Origin: a virus | Lineage: Duplodnaviria; Heunggongvirae; Uroviricota; Caudoviricetes | Direction: 5' to 3' (one strand) | IMG/VR virus record: IMGVR_UViG_3300028610_000968 | Length of the DNA stretch: 64,000 nucleotides | Shown here: positions 34,301 through 43,006 of the stretch, piece by piece | Numbering within the stretch: position 1 is the first letter of the stretch | Layout of the letters: every line of letters starts with the position of its first letter | Translations under genes and position numbers: made by a program | Notes under the pieces: generated by a model | What the model was told of the DNA's origin: nothing | Database searches by the model: none | The model's input: the letters and a program-made list of their open reading frames with translations, nothing else

Positions 34301-37000
34301 ACCAGTCACACCACTTCTGTTCTCTCTAGTATCGTTTAATCTTTCAGATTCTTCTTTGAGTTCTTTTACTGCATCTTTTTGAAATAATATTTCCCCAGTT
34401 TCAGCATTTATGCCTTCTATTCTATCCGGGTATAATTTACCTAATTCCTTACTTAAAGCTATTCTTTCCTCAAGATTAACTGTTGAATGTCCACCAAGTT
34501 CTTTTTCTTGTTTGGCTATTCTGCCATTAAGGTCTTCAATTTTTTCAAGCACACCAATTGCTTCTTGCGCTCTATCAAACTTTATTTTATCAAAGTATCT
34601 CCAAGCTGTATAAATAGCCGCTGCGATAGCTGTCACTAACACAGTTATCAAACCAGCCGTAGTCCCCACAAGAAAAGCTCCTATTCTCAAAAGACCAGCT
34701 TTTATCAAAGTCCAAACACCTTTAAGACCAGTCTTCACTCCAGATACTAGACCAGCAGCACCCGCGCCTGCGGCTGCTCCCGCGCCCATCAAATTTTGTT
34801 GTCTAGCTTGTCCTGCCAATGTCCTAGCTCTACCACCAAGTGATGGAGCTGCACCCACCGCTGCTGTTGAAGCGAGAGCTACGTTTCTTTGAGATTTAGC
34901 AAAGTCATCTAAACGACCTTTTAAACTTCTTAAACCATCACCCATAATAGTAAATGTTCTAAATTTCGTATCTTTGGGGTTTCTCCAAATGTTCATTGAA
35001 AAATCTAATAATTTAAATGCTGCTGCTAAAGTTCCAATCGGCCCTATAACGGCATAAACGGCAGGAGGAAGCATAAGCATCACTTCTAAGAAAGTGTTTA
35101 CTATTTTAGTTAATCCATAAAGTAATGGAATTACTCCTGTATTCATCATCATTATAGAAAAAGCAGTTATACTCTGCTTTAGCACAAAGAATTGCCTTGA
35201 TAAAGAAGCTAAAACAATTCCAGCTTGTCTGCCAGCTTCTCCTTGAGACTTCTGGCTGACACTAACATTGTTTAAAAATTTATCATAATGCTTCAACGTG
35301 GCTATAAAGAATTGGTATCTTCTAGAACCACCTATAACCTTAGCAAAGTTATCTTGTTGTTCCCTAGATAACGTGTCCCACATACCAGCAAGTTCTCCCA
35401 ATAACTCTGGGAATGGTCGCAGTTTTCCTTGAGCATCTTCATACTCTATGCCTAATGGCTCGAAAAGTTCATCTGACCTAGCTCTAATTTTATTAAACAT
35501 AAATGTCCAAGCATTACCAATTTCAGTACCACTACGTTTCATAGACTCAGCCAAGGTTCCTACCAAAGCTGTCATTTCATGAAATCCCATACCAACTGAA
35601 TCAGCAGAATCACCGGCCTTAGTAACACCGTCTGCTAAATCTTTCATTGATACTCTAGCCTTAGCAGCTACACCAGCCCAAGAATCTACTATTTCCATAT
35701 TATCTTTAGTAACGTCGCCGTACTGCTCTGTTACAGCAGTAAGATACTGGACAGTCTCAGCTGGTTTTATAGATGGCTCTCCCTCAATAGCAGACATTGT
35801 AAGAGCAGCCTTCATACGTTCTTTTATTTGCTCTCTATTGAATCCTTGCTTTGCAAGTTCTGTCATTCCATCTACAACTTCTTCAGAGGCAATACCAAAG
35901 TTTCTGGACATTTTTAAAACATCCATACCTAAACCAGCAAACCCAGTTCTTGAGTCTTTCATGAATCTTTGCAACTCTTTGAGCTTAGATTCTAATGTAA
36001 CAATAGTTTTTATTAATTGTTGAAACTCTCTGACAGCGCCGTAAGTCACGGAAGCCGCTGCACCCCACATAAACACTCGTTTGAAAGCATTGTGGAATTG
36101 ACCTCTAAATCCTTGTCTACCTTTTCTTTCCATCTCTACTTGAGCAATTCTATTCCTACTGGCCTTTTCTTTTAAATCAGTCTCAAACTTAGAAGTAGCA
36201 CTAGTAATCATCTGGTCAGTGCGTTTCACATCAGCTTGTATGGCATTAAACTCATCATCTGGGCTACGTCTACGGACTCTTGAAGCCTCTTGCCCCATAA
36301 CATAATTAAGCTGTTGTTGTTGGCCCATTCTTTTTTGGTCTAGCTTCGCTTGTCTCTCTATTATCGCTAGTCTTTCATTGTTTACTACGTTTAGTTCTCT
36401 TTGTGCTGTTGCTTGCTCTCTAATTACTTGAGTATATTCTTTAGCATCTCGCAGTACAGCCGATTCAATCTTTAAACCATCTTTAAGTAAATGTATATAT
36501 TCTTGTTTTGCTTTAATTAATTTGTCTTTGTTTTCTTTTTCTTTTTGTTCTTCTTTACCTAATTCTCTTTTAGAGTCTCTAAGCTCTCTTAACTTCTTTG
36601 ATTCATTGGATATTTCAGCTTGTATAACTCCTCTACCTCTACCACGCAAAGCGCCAGTGGCCGCTTCTCCTCTTGCTTGTATTTCAGCAGCTGAGGATGT
36701 TCCACCTCTTCCTGGGGCATAAGGAGAAACAAGAGAACTTTGTATTCTGTGAATATTTTTTGAAAGTGTATCAGCGTGAACTTTTCCTCTTTTGGTTAAT
36801 CTGTCATACATAGCATTAAGTTGTCGCTCGAATGATTGAACATTAGACGCAGCTTTTGATGGGTCAACCCTGAGTTCGTACTCATAACGTAGACCCATTT
36901 GTTTTTGAAGTTGTTTATTTAAAGCAGCAACTTTCTGTTGTGCTTCTGTAGTATCTGCTTCAAAATATATTTGTATTTTTCTTATAGCCCGATTAGCCAT
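31379..37000 (-). CDS. Tape measure protein with C-terminal M15 peptidase
   Basis: ~1870 aa coiled-coil; TP901-like core; APPGKSDHNRGRAIDF...GW...EWWHF. Confidence 0.9.
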   Translation of the reverse strand: MANRAIRKIQIYFEADTTEAQQKVAALNKQLQKQMGLRYEYELRVDPSKAASNVQSFERQLNAMYDRLTKRGKVHADTLSKNIHRIQSSLVSPYAPGRGGTSSAAEIQARGEAATGALRGRGRGVIQAEISNESKKLRELRDSKRELGKEEQKEKENKDKLIKAKQEYIHLLKDGLKIESAVLRDAKEYTQVIREQATAQRELNVVNNERLAIIERQAKLDQKRMGQQQQLNYVMGQEASRVRRRSPDDEFNAIQADVKRTDQMITSATSKFETDLKEKASRNRIAQVEMERKGRQGFRGQFHNAFKRVFMWGAAASVTYGAVREFQQLIKTIVTLESKLKELQRFMKDSRTGFAGLGMDVLKMSRNFGIASEEVVDGMTELAKQGFNREQIKERMKAALTMSAIEGEPSIKPAETVQYLTAVTEQYGDVTKDNMEIVDSWAGVAAKARVSMKDLADGVTKAGDSADSVGMGFHEMTALVGTLAESMKRSGTEIGNAWTFMFNKIRARSDELFEPLGIEYEDAQGKLRPFPELLGELAGMWDTLSREQQDNFAKVIGGSRRYQFFIATLKHYDKFLNNVSVSQKSQGEAGRQAGIVLASLSRQFFVLKQSITAFSIMMMNTGVIPLLYGLTKIVNTFLEVMLMLPPAVYAVIGPIGTLAAAFKLLDFSMNIWRNPKDTKFRTFTIMGDGLRSLKGRLDDFAKSQRNVALASTAAVGAAPSLGGRARTLAGQARQQNLMGAGAAAGAGAAGLVSGVKTGLKGVWTLIKAGLLRIGAFLVGTTAGLITVLVTAIAAAIYTAWRYFDKIKFDRAQEAIGVLEKIEDLNGRIAKQEKELGGHSTVNLEERIALSKELGKLYPDRIEGINAETGEILFQKDAVKELKEESERLNDTRENRSGVTGWLAENVLPSFSYGTGLKFGRRGVRNQYENNRENVEARLIERRRKLGEFGADGTMANPFEAFGGTVGLTKAIFSNFGTVLSQITSGTDRVAGKLAVIESEKAGVELEKIGYVMEGTLEKTKALATGIGVVAVAFEKLKEKLEPFITITKAMDDATKLGFGSQYKAFGAGEDVKRLQEGMLTWMETGKLRSDKFDESTARGSLLQQDAYRTLGGFSSSRKEANKLQSQIEDNKKQVKQKYDKMIKANEEVALHYSEWLSALETQVEGMVQRAATTFNKLDIFSGLRAFTDNLKSGDLVSDYDAVMGGLFTQAESPEERMMLFQKGVEIAEEIQSLRDDEFDKQQELQKEAKSRAKEIFNAKVTYLDFLLSTERITAEREVEILKILEKQAPTVEERLKVQTDIFNKQKELANKGGFISEFMSDESDNLGRLNFVDKLAAYSAMLKSADNTKDIWTLEEESFGIEGNYLRDKLNKAEAWIGHQAVLDRLSKENRIKLYQNLLNFSERHELQEEMWKYEEEIYKIRNEDEDTSNEFAKNIVRRASGLQSPLAISFQEYKKFIGDTTDENELASDSIDSASDAISQMSTHMNTLTDTTGDTMHSAEALRDILDKLDERQQNANMTTQEIIKAMSNYALQTIDSADATRELTKAEKERAETLIAIYEELIKEGGTLDNYAKGMTDFKTVTDDLVTALTGLNEQLRNMVDLMTKGDPSMTVHGDERERSVFSRFMDKLGEVIKYITGGTTLSARAHEQGGPADLVGIGGGLKLSRNAASSFAVMSGAAAKDGVDLSKIGNTFRTVGEQQVLWDDAVRRYGSEAAARKWVAPPGKSDHNRGRAIDFAWTSGGRKAANWMMDNAGNFGWQNYSPEWWHFGFKGNTAYPMASGGEILRDQVIAKTHKGEVMFPPGYGQMALDIIRRLDDRNGNIGGQIIYEDNSQIQVDATGMSKEDLGEALSSFKRETMNEFNRSVQSNARR

Positions 37001-37129
37001 TTTACACCTTCTCAAAAAATTAAGGGTAAGCCAAATCAACTCACCCTAACTACACGAATATTGATTTTAGCCCTTATCCTATGATATTATTTACTGTCTA
37101 TAAATACTAATTTCACCGAAAGCTTAGAT

Positions 37130-37528
37130 TTATGCTTCCTGTATCTCTAGCACTTCGTCGTGCCTATAAGCGGTGTCCATCTTACCTGAACCACTTCTCC
37201 ATTCCTTTTGCCGTTCCCGTCTATCTTCATCCCCTTGTTCCTCTAACCATCGGTCTAACAATTCATCATCATCGACAATTTCTTGAGGAGGTCTTTTGTA
37301 AGCTTCTGAAACAGAATCATACAATTGTAACCAGTAACAAAGACTCAACTTGTTCATGTCCCACTCCGAAACTAATCCCTCGAATATAGGAGCATTTGTT
37401 TCTTTTGCTATTCTCCAAACTAGCCTTACTCTATTATTTTTAGCTAACCATCTGTGGATGTTAAAGTCTTTAAACTTAACATTGTGTTTACATTCCAAGA
37501 TGAGTTTTCTAAGCTCATCATCATCCAT
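37130..37528 (-). CDS. Putative tail assembly chaperone (downstream)
   Basis: Position before the tape measure; YDSV.EAY.RP..EIVDDDELLDRW. Confidence 0.55.
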   Translation of the reverse strand: MDDDELRKLILECKHNVKFKDFNIHRWLAKNNRVRLVWRIAKETNAPIFEGLVSEWDMNKLSLCYWLQLYDSVSEAYKRPPQEIVDDDELLDRWLEEQGDEDRRERQKEWRSGSGKMDTAYRHDEVLEIQEA

Positions 37529-37531
37529 AAC

Positions 37532-38188
37532 TTACACTTCTATATATTTTGATTCAGGTAAGTTTTCAAAGAAGTCTGATGTTAACCCAAGTTGAAATGT
37601 AGAAAACTCAATAGATACTCTTGCTACTAAGTCATATCTATTCTCGTTGTCAAGTTCTTCAGTCTTTTCCCAAAGTCTTTTTCCATCTTTAAAAGCACAT
37701 CTACATAGAAGATACTGAGTTTTCACTTCTTCTGCTTTTGTTTCCACAGCATGTAGTAAGTAGCTCTGTTTTTTTCCTTGTAAAGCATACAGTTCATTTC
37801 TCTTATTGAGTAATTCTGTAGCTATTTTTTTAGTCGCTTTGCTTTTGTCCTCTTCATCTCTTTTTCCTAAGATTACTTCTAAACTGCCAATCTTTTCTCT
37901 CAGTTTAGTTACTTCCTCTTCTTGCTCTTCAGTCCAAATACTCTTGTTCTTGAGCATTTTTAGAACTTCTTCCTGTAGAGGAAGACCTTCATTTATAGCA
38001 TCCATATACGTTTTAGAGTATTTCCAATCTGCCACGCGAGTATCTTCACCTGTAGGAAATCTCAATTCTACTTCGCCGTGTCCTTCAATCTCAACTATCC
38101 TTTTCCCTGACTTTACCTCGTCAAAGACTTTTTGTGCGGCGGCATCTTTTTTTACTTCCTTAATCTTGTCCTGTTCCTTTTCACTCAT
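37532..38188 (-). CDS. Putative tail assembly chaperone
   Basis: Acidic helical protein between tail tube and tape measure. Confidence 0.55.
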   Translation of the reverse strand: MSEKEQDKIKEVKKDAAAQKVFDEVKSGKRIVEIEGHGEVELRFPTGEDTRVADWKYSKTYMDAINEGLPLQEEVLKMLKNKSIWTEEQEEEVTKLREKIGSLEVILGKRDEEDKSKATKKIATELLNKRNELYALQGKKQSYLLHAVETKAEEVKTQYLLCRCAFKDGKRLWEKTEELDNENRYDLVARVSIEFSTFQLGLTSDFFENLPESKYIEV

Positions 38189-38191
38189 AAT

Positions 38192-38431
38192 TTACTCCTT
38201 TTCTATGTCCAATAATTCTAGGTTGTCCACAATCTTTGCTATTACATACTCATCCGAAGTTCTTTGTAAATCCCTGATGGCAGTATTGCCAGAACGCAGT
38301 ATCCTACTTCTCAGAATTTCCCATTGCCTTTTGTTAGGTACAGCTACTTCAGCGTAACTTAGTATCTCATCAAACATTTGGGTTATATGTTCTTGGATTT
38401 CATTTTTAAATTTTACTTTATCTCCTACCAT
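38192..38431 (-). CDS. Hypothetical protein
   Basis: MVGDKVKFK...; start reassigned downstream of a GC hairpin. Confidence 0.55.
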   Translation of the reverse strand: MVGDKVKFKNEIQEHITQMFDEILSYAEVAVPNKRQWEILRSRILRSGNTAIRDLQRTSDEYVIAKIVDNLELLDIEKE

Positions 38432-38467
38432 TCCATCTTCCTCTTTCCTTATCCTGCCGAAGCCCCT

Positions 38468-38487
38468 CCCCCTGGAAAACCAGGGGG
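38468..38487 (-). terminator. GC hairpin after the tail tube gene (no U-tract; function uncertain)
   Basis: CCCCCTGG-TTTT-CCAGGGGG. Confidence 0.35.
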
Positions 38488-38512
38488 CTAGGGAATTCAA
38501 CAAATATTTATC

Positions 38513-40123
38513 TTACACTTCTCCAGTTAACGTCCAGTTATCAGCTTTTAGAGAGAAAGATTGTGTCATATTGGAATCGACACGAATATCTCCATTCTCT
38601 TCAGTGACACTGACATTACTTACGAGCAATGTAAGGATTTCTGCACTGGTTGTTACAGGCAGTTTTGCACGTTTCTCATCGTCTTCTCTGTACATCTTAA
38701 CAGTCAAGTCCAAAGTCTTAATGAAATCATTAATACTTAATTCGTCAAGTGTTCCAGCATCAAACTCAGTTTTCTTACCGCACAGTCTAGCAAAATCTTC
38801 TAAATCAGAAGCCGTAGCCTCTACCGACATAGTTACCGGAATCGGGAACTGCAACGGTCTACTGTACGCTTTCTCAGAACCAATCTCATTTAGTGCCTCT
38901 CTGTTCAAGGCCGTGTTAATAGTAACACTTTGTAGCCTTAGAACTTTGTTTGACTCATCATCAGACAGGTACACCTCAATTTGACCAGCTCTTATTCCAC
39001 CAGCGGGATGCGGGTGTCCAGACACAACGACTGGCATTCTATCAAAGAACTTAGCTCCACCACTTGCAGGATACCTAACTATGAGTGTGTTCCCATCAGC
39101 AGGCACTGTAGTTAATGTTACAGTCGTACCAGAGATTGTATAATCATCCGAAGTTCCCTCCACATAATCAGTAAATGCTCCAGTAGTTCTGTTGTACAGT
39201 CTCACCCTAATTGATAGTTTACTATCTCCTAGAGTTGTAGGAGTTTGAGCCAAAGTATAAGTTGAAGTACCATCAGTTGTAAATCTCTCTACAATAATGT
39301 TTGAAGCGTTATTCATGTACCACACCTTATTATCTGATTCTAGTCCCATTGCCACAGACGATTCTCCAGTTGCACTGAATGAAAAGTCTACCCTTGTTAA
39401 GTATGCGTCTTTAATTGACATACTTCTGGTAATAAAATCTGATGTTGTGTTATCTCCAGTTTCTTTAACAGGTACAACAAAGTCAACGTTAGCAAGTTCA
39501 AAATCTTTTGCTTCCACTGTAGCAGAGTCATGCCTATTTGTTATGTAATCAGAAGTAATCGCGGTTACTCCATCTTGTAACTCAACTTCCGCTAGTTTGA
39601 TTGAACCAGCAGGAGTAGCAGGAGCCGCTTGAGTACCATCTGTTTGCTCAGTACCAAGAGTAGCAACTACAACTTGAGAACCAGAAACAATACTAAGTGT
39701 TGCCACTTGCTTTGCAGTTGAACTCAAAGCAGTAATGTCACCATCAAACTCATAAGCCGTATCCACAGTAAGTACATAATCTTTTTCATCGTAAAAGTAA
39801 GTTCCAGAATTTAACAGTACAGATGTTGTACCGGCAGCACCACTAGGCTCTACAAATATGTAACCGTGGTCAAACTTCTTTCTAGCCAAAGCACTAACAT
39901 TTTTTAATGAGCCATACTGATTTTGGTCAAGAGTTACTTCCACTGATGGAATACCATCAATAACTTCAACAATGTCTAAATTACCAATTTCCACTAAATC
40001 CTCTGGAGATAGTCTTGTTGAACTACCAAAGGCAGTTATTCTGTCCATTTGAGTATCATTCGCATGTACAGCTATCGCAGAAGATTTAATTCTTATAGGT
40101 CTTGTTGTTGGCATATAATTCAC
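38513..40123 (-). CDS. Major tail (tube) protein with inserted domains
   Basis: 536 aa; RLQSVTIN..LNRE...EIG; position after head-tail genes. Confidence 0.65.
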   Translation of the reverse strand: MNYMPTTRPIRIKSSAIAVHANDTQMDRITAFGSSTRLSPEDLVEIGNLDIVEVIDGIPSVEVTLDQNQYGSLKNVSALARKKFDHGYIFVEPSGAAGTTSVLLNSGTYFYDEKDYVLTVDTAYEFDGDITALSSTAKQVATLSIVSGSQVVVATLGTEQTDGTQAAPATPAGSIKLAEVELQDGVTAITSDYITNRHDSATVEAKDFELANVDFVVPVKETGDNTTSDFITRSMSIKDAYLTRVDFSFSATGESSVAMGLESDNKVWYMNNASNIIVERFTTDGTSTYTLAQTPTTLGDSKLSIRVRLYNRTTGAFTDYVEGTSDDYTISGTTVTLTTVPADGNTLIVRYPASGGAKFFDRMPVVVSGHPHPAGGIRAGQIEVYLSDDESNKVLRLQSVTINTALNREALNEIGSEKAYSRPLQFPIPVTMSVEATASDLEDFARLCGKKTEFDAGTLDELSINDFIKTLDLTVKMYREDDEKRAKLPVTTSAEILTLLVSNVSVTEENGDIRVDSNMTQSFSLKADNWTLTGEV

Positions 40124-40142
40124 CTTCCTTTTCTAAAATTTT

Positions 40143-40667
40143 TTAAGTTAATATTAATGCCTCTACAGTTATCTTTTTCCTGTTTGCTGTTGTATCTCCA
40201 ACATTCATTTCAGGCAAAGATAATTTTCTCAAATCATCAAAATTCACCCACTGCAATCTCGTGGGGAGTCCAGTTCTAGTGAATGAAGAACCTCCCCAAG
40301 TGTATGTAGGGAAACCGACATTATAATCTCCCAACGCAACTTGGCTTTTGAAAACTTCTAACACTAAATCTGTCAAATCATCTCTTTGTCCATTGTATCT
40401 AGAGTATATATCTATATCTAATACTTGCTCAGACTTATACCCACCACCAATCTGTTCATAACCTTCGAGAGCAAAACTGTCCTCGACTATTACTGTAGGT
40501 AAATTTACTTCACTGAAATCTTTAGGAAAACTATCTAAAACCGGGCAGTACAGCCACCCAGTAGTATCTTCGACACTGGACTCTGTATTTATCTCATTTT
40601 CATGAAGTTTATCTTTTATTGCATAGACTATTGATAATTTTAACAATCTTGTTGTGTCCATGTTCAT
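40143..40667 (-). CDS. Putative tail terminator/completion protein
   Basis: FP......LPTV.V...IDIYS....QRDDL. Confidence 0.55.
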   Translation of the reverse strand: MNMDTTRLLKLSIVYAIKDKLHENEINTESSVEDTTGWLYCPVLDSFPKDFSEVNLPTVIVEDSFALEGYEQIGGGYKSEQVLDIDIYSRYNGQRDDLTDLVLEVFKSQVALGDYNVGFPTYTWGGSSFTRTGLPTRLQWVNFDDLRKLSLPEMNVGDTTANRKKITVEALILT

Positions 40668-40671
40668 AAAT

Positions 40672-41625
40672 TTATTCCTCCAAAGTCTTTCTTATAGCCT
40701 CATCAACTTCTTTTCCAAATTCAGCCCCACCGTATTTTTGAGAAGGCTGAGACAAGCAATTGAATCCTGCCATAGATGGCGGAGTGTAAACTACGCCACC
40801 AAATCTTGCCCACCACTCAGCTTTACGGCTCATGAAAAATAAAGATTTTCCTTGTGACCTTATAGCTGAATCTCTCCCACCACTAGTGGATACAACTTCT
40901 ATATTTCTTATACTACCTCGACCGGCTACTAACTGAACTCTTTTATACTCACTTTGGCCTGGATAAATTTGGCCGCCCCATTCTAAAAACTTCCAAAATT
41001 TATATTCTGTTGGTGCAACTCCAAATTCACCAACACCAGACTCAGTTGTGCCTGTTCCAGTTGCGCCTCGTATATTCATAAATAACGGTTTTCTTTCGTA
41101 TGTGTACTGTTCTTCTACTCCGTTTGAATTTACTCTATTCACAGTTCTGTCATCAAAATCTATCATAACACGTACATCAGACCTTGCAGAACGGTTCAAC
41201 CTATCTAATCTCCCAGCTCCTGCTCTTATAACTACTGAATCTTCTGAATAAGGGTCTCTTTCTCCTATATTCTCTTCAGTTGCTATTACTTCCGCAGGAT
41301 TAGGTTCTCTCCAAATGATTGAACCAGGCTCTAATGCTTGTGCAGCCCTATAAGCTCCGTCGAAATTACTTACTGCCTCTTTGTTCACATTCACAGCAAG
41401 TCTAGTGAGAGCTGCCCCTACATTTCTTTCTAATTTCTTACTTAACTTTTTAAGGTTAAATGCTTCATCAAGGTCTTGTGTTAGGCTCATGGTTGGTGTG
41501 GTTCTAGCTTTTAAAGCTTGGCCCATCAAAGCTAATCCTCTTCTTTCTATTTTAGCCAGCTGCTCTTCATCCCACTCAACAGCCACCTCAAAAAAGTGAG
41601 TCCTATGTTTTCTTTCTATAGCCAT
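40672..41625 (-). CDS. Putative neck/head-tail protein
   Basis: Position; YKFWKFLEWG motif. Confidence 0.4.
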   Translation of the reverse strand: MAIERKHRTHFFEVAVEWDEEQLAKIERRGLALMGQALKARTTPTMSLTQDLDEAFNLKKLSKKLERNVGAALTRLAVNVNKEAVSNFDGAYRAAQALEPGSIIWREPNPAEVIATEENIGERDPYSEDSVVIRAGAGRLDRLNRSARSDVRVMIDFDDRTVNRVNSNGVEEQYTYERKPLFMNIRGATGTGTTESGVGEFGVAPTEYKFWKFLEWGGQIYPGQSEYKRVQLVAGRGSIRNIEVVSTSGGRDSAIRSQGKSLFFMSRKAEWWARFGGVVYTPPSMAGFNCLSQPSQKYGGAEFGKEVDEAIRKTLEE

Positions 41626-42080
41626 TAGCCTGTTATCTTTTCCATTTTAACTAATAGCCTATTATTTCCACCAATTCCTTTTAGTTCTTTTGAAACTACC
41701 CTATAATTTACATCATCAATTTCTATTTTCTCCATTGGGTTTATATATGCCCCATAAGTGTCATTGTCGTCTATAGATATATCTAACGTTAAAGTACTGT
41801 TTTGAACTATACCAGCATTTTCTAATTGATTACTATAATCCTGATAATGTACACCAGCATGTAGAGGTATTCTAACCGTAGTTACTGTTACTCCTAAACC
41901 ACCACATGCTGTGCACGTTATGTCTGTTGACTCCTCTGTTATTGGGTCATAGTCACATTCAGAACAATCTGTTTCTGTTTCTTTTAGCAGGTTTACTTCA
42001 AAACCATCGGAAGTACATTCACGAAGTCTATTTATATCTTTTTTTATTTGTAATAAATCATTGTCACTTAATAAGTGCAT
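41625..42080 (-). CDS. Putative head-closure protein with CxxC...CxxC
   Basis: CSEC...CTACGGLG; KIEIDDVNY. Confidence 0.5.
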   Translation of the reverse strand: MHLLSDNDLLQIKKDINRLRECTSDGFEVNLLKETETDCSECDYDPITEESTDITCTACGGLGVTVTTVRIPLHAGVHYQDYSNQLENAGIVQNSTLTLDISIDDNDTYGAYINPMEKIEIDDVNYRVVSKELKGIGGNNRLLVKMEKITG

Positions 42081-42790
42081 TATCTATCATTCCAAAACCA
42101 AGTATCAAAAGCTCTATAATCAACACTAGTGTCACTTGAAACACTGCTGGGAACTTCTCCACCTGACAAAACTTTTCCAGTTAATTTAAACATAATATAC
42201 TTCTTCATTATTCCATCTATGTCTTCATCTAGCTTTTCTAATGCTATTTTTTGCATAGCAGTTTTTGCTGCCCTATTGACGGATTTTTCTCCATCTCTCC
42301 AAATCAATGCTAAATCAGCATCATAGCTCATTTGCTCTGATCTCAATGCATAAAGAGCCTTCATATACAATACATCTTCCAACATAAAATCAATCGAAGG
42401 AGTAACTATATAATTGGGAGCAGTGCCAGTTACGGCATATGTATCAGCGGAAATATTTAAATTTATATTTGAAACTGCTCTTTTTAGAAACTCTGCTAAA
42501 ACATTGTCAGAATAAGAATACACTGTATACCTAACATTCACAATACTATCAACAGTAACAGAGCTTGTAAAAACTAATTCTCCAGAATCTAAATCTAAAG
42601 TGTAATCAGTAACATCAGTTTGTTCTATGCTGTCCACTTCTACAACATATGAACTCGCCTTTATGGGGATATCTCCGAGCCAAAATCTTGTAGTACCAAC
42701 ACTGGTTTGCTCTTTTGACATGCGGTGTCCACTGTCCCTGATTATTATTCTAAATGTAGCTATTAAACTATTTAAATCAGTTGTTGCCAT
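42080..42790 (-). CDS. Putative head-tail adaptor
   Basis: FRIIIRD...YSDNVLAEFL..A; internal YTLDLDSG.L.F. Confidence 0.5.
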   Translation of the reverse strand: MATTDLNSLIATFRIIIRDSGHRMSKEQTSVGTTRFWLGDIPIKASSYVVEVDSIEQTDVTDYTLDLDSGELVFTSSVTVDSIVNVRYTVYSYSDNVLAEFLKRAVSNINLNISADTYAVTGTAPNYIVTPSIDFMLEDVLYMKALYALRSEQMSYDADLALIWRDGEKSVNRAAKTAMQKIALEKLDEDIDGIMKKYIMFKLTGKVLSGGEVPSSVSSDTSVDYRAFDTWFWNDR

Positions 42791-42799
42791 TTAATCTCC

Positions 42800-43006
42800 T
42801 TAATCAAATATGTTTTTAATTTTCCAGTTTCTCTTTTTATTGACGAAATTTCCCATTTTATTAGTCCACTCACTGTGTTTGTTAGACATTCTTTGTTCAG
42901 ATATTATACTAAGAGGAGTAATGTCAAATTCAACACACATTAAACGAGTTAAGTCTTCCGATGTGAAAGCACTAGGTACTGCTATATTAAAATCACCTAT
43001 CTGCAT
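42800..43006 (-). CDS. Hypothetical protein
   Basis: 68-aa ORF coupled to its neighbours. Confidence 0.45.
   Translation of the reverse strand: MQIGDFNIAVPSAFTSEDLTRLMCVEFDITPLSIISEQRMSNKHSEWTNKMGNFVNKKRNWKIKNIFD

Noticed and set aside
15119-37039. Extended ORF-track starts (15676, 16532, 16867, 17392, 37039; also 7697, 12544, 14533)
   Set aside because: They run through tRNA genes or upstream ORFs; downstream ATGs at tRNA ends or after RBS-like sequence fit better.
37130-38188. Programmed frameshift between the two tail-chaperone ORFs
   Set aside because: No convincing XXXYYYZ slippery site was identified near the end of the first ORF, and the second has its own ATG.
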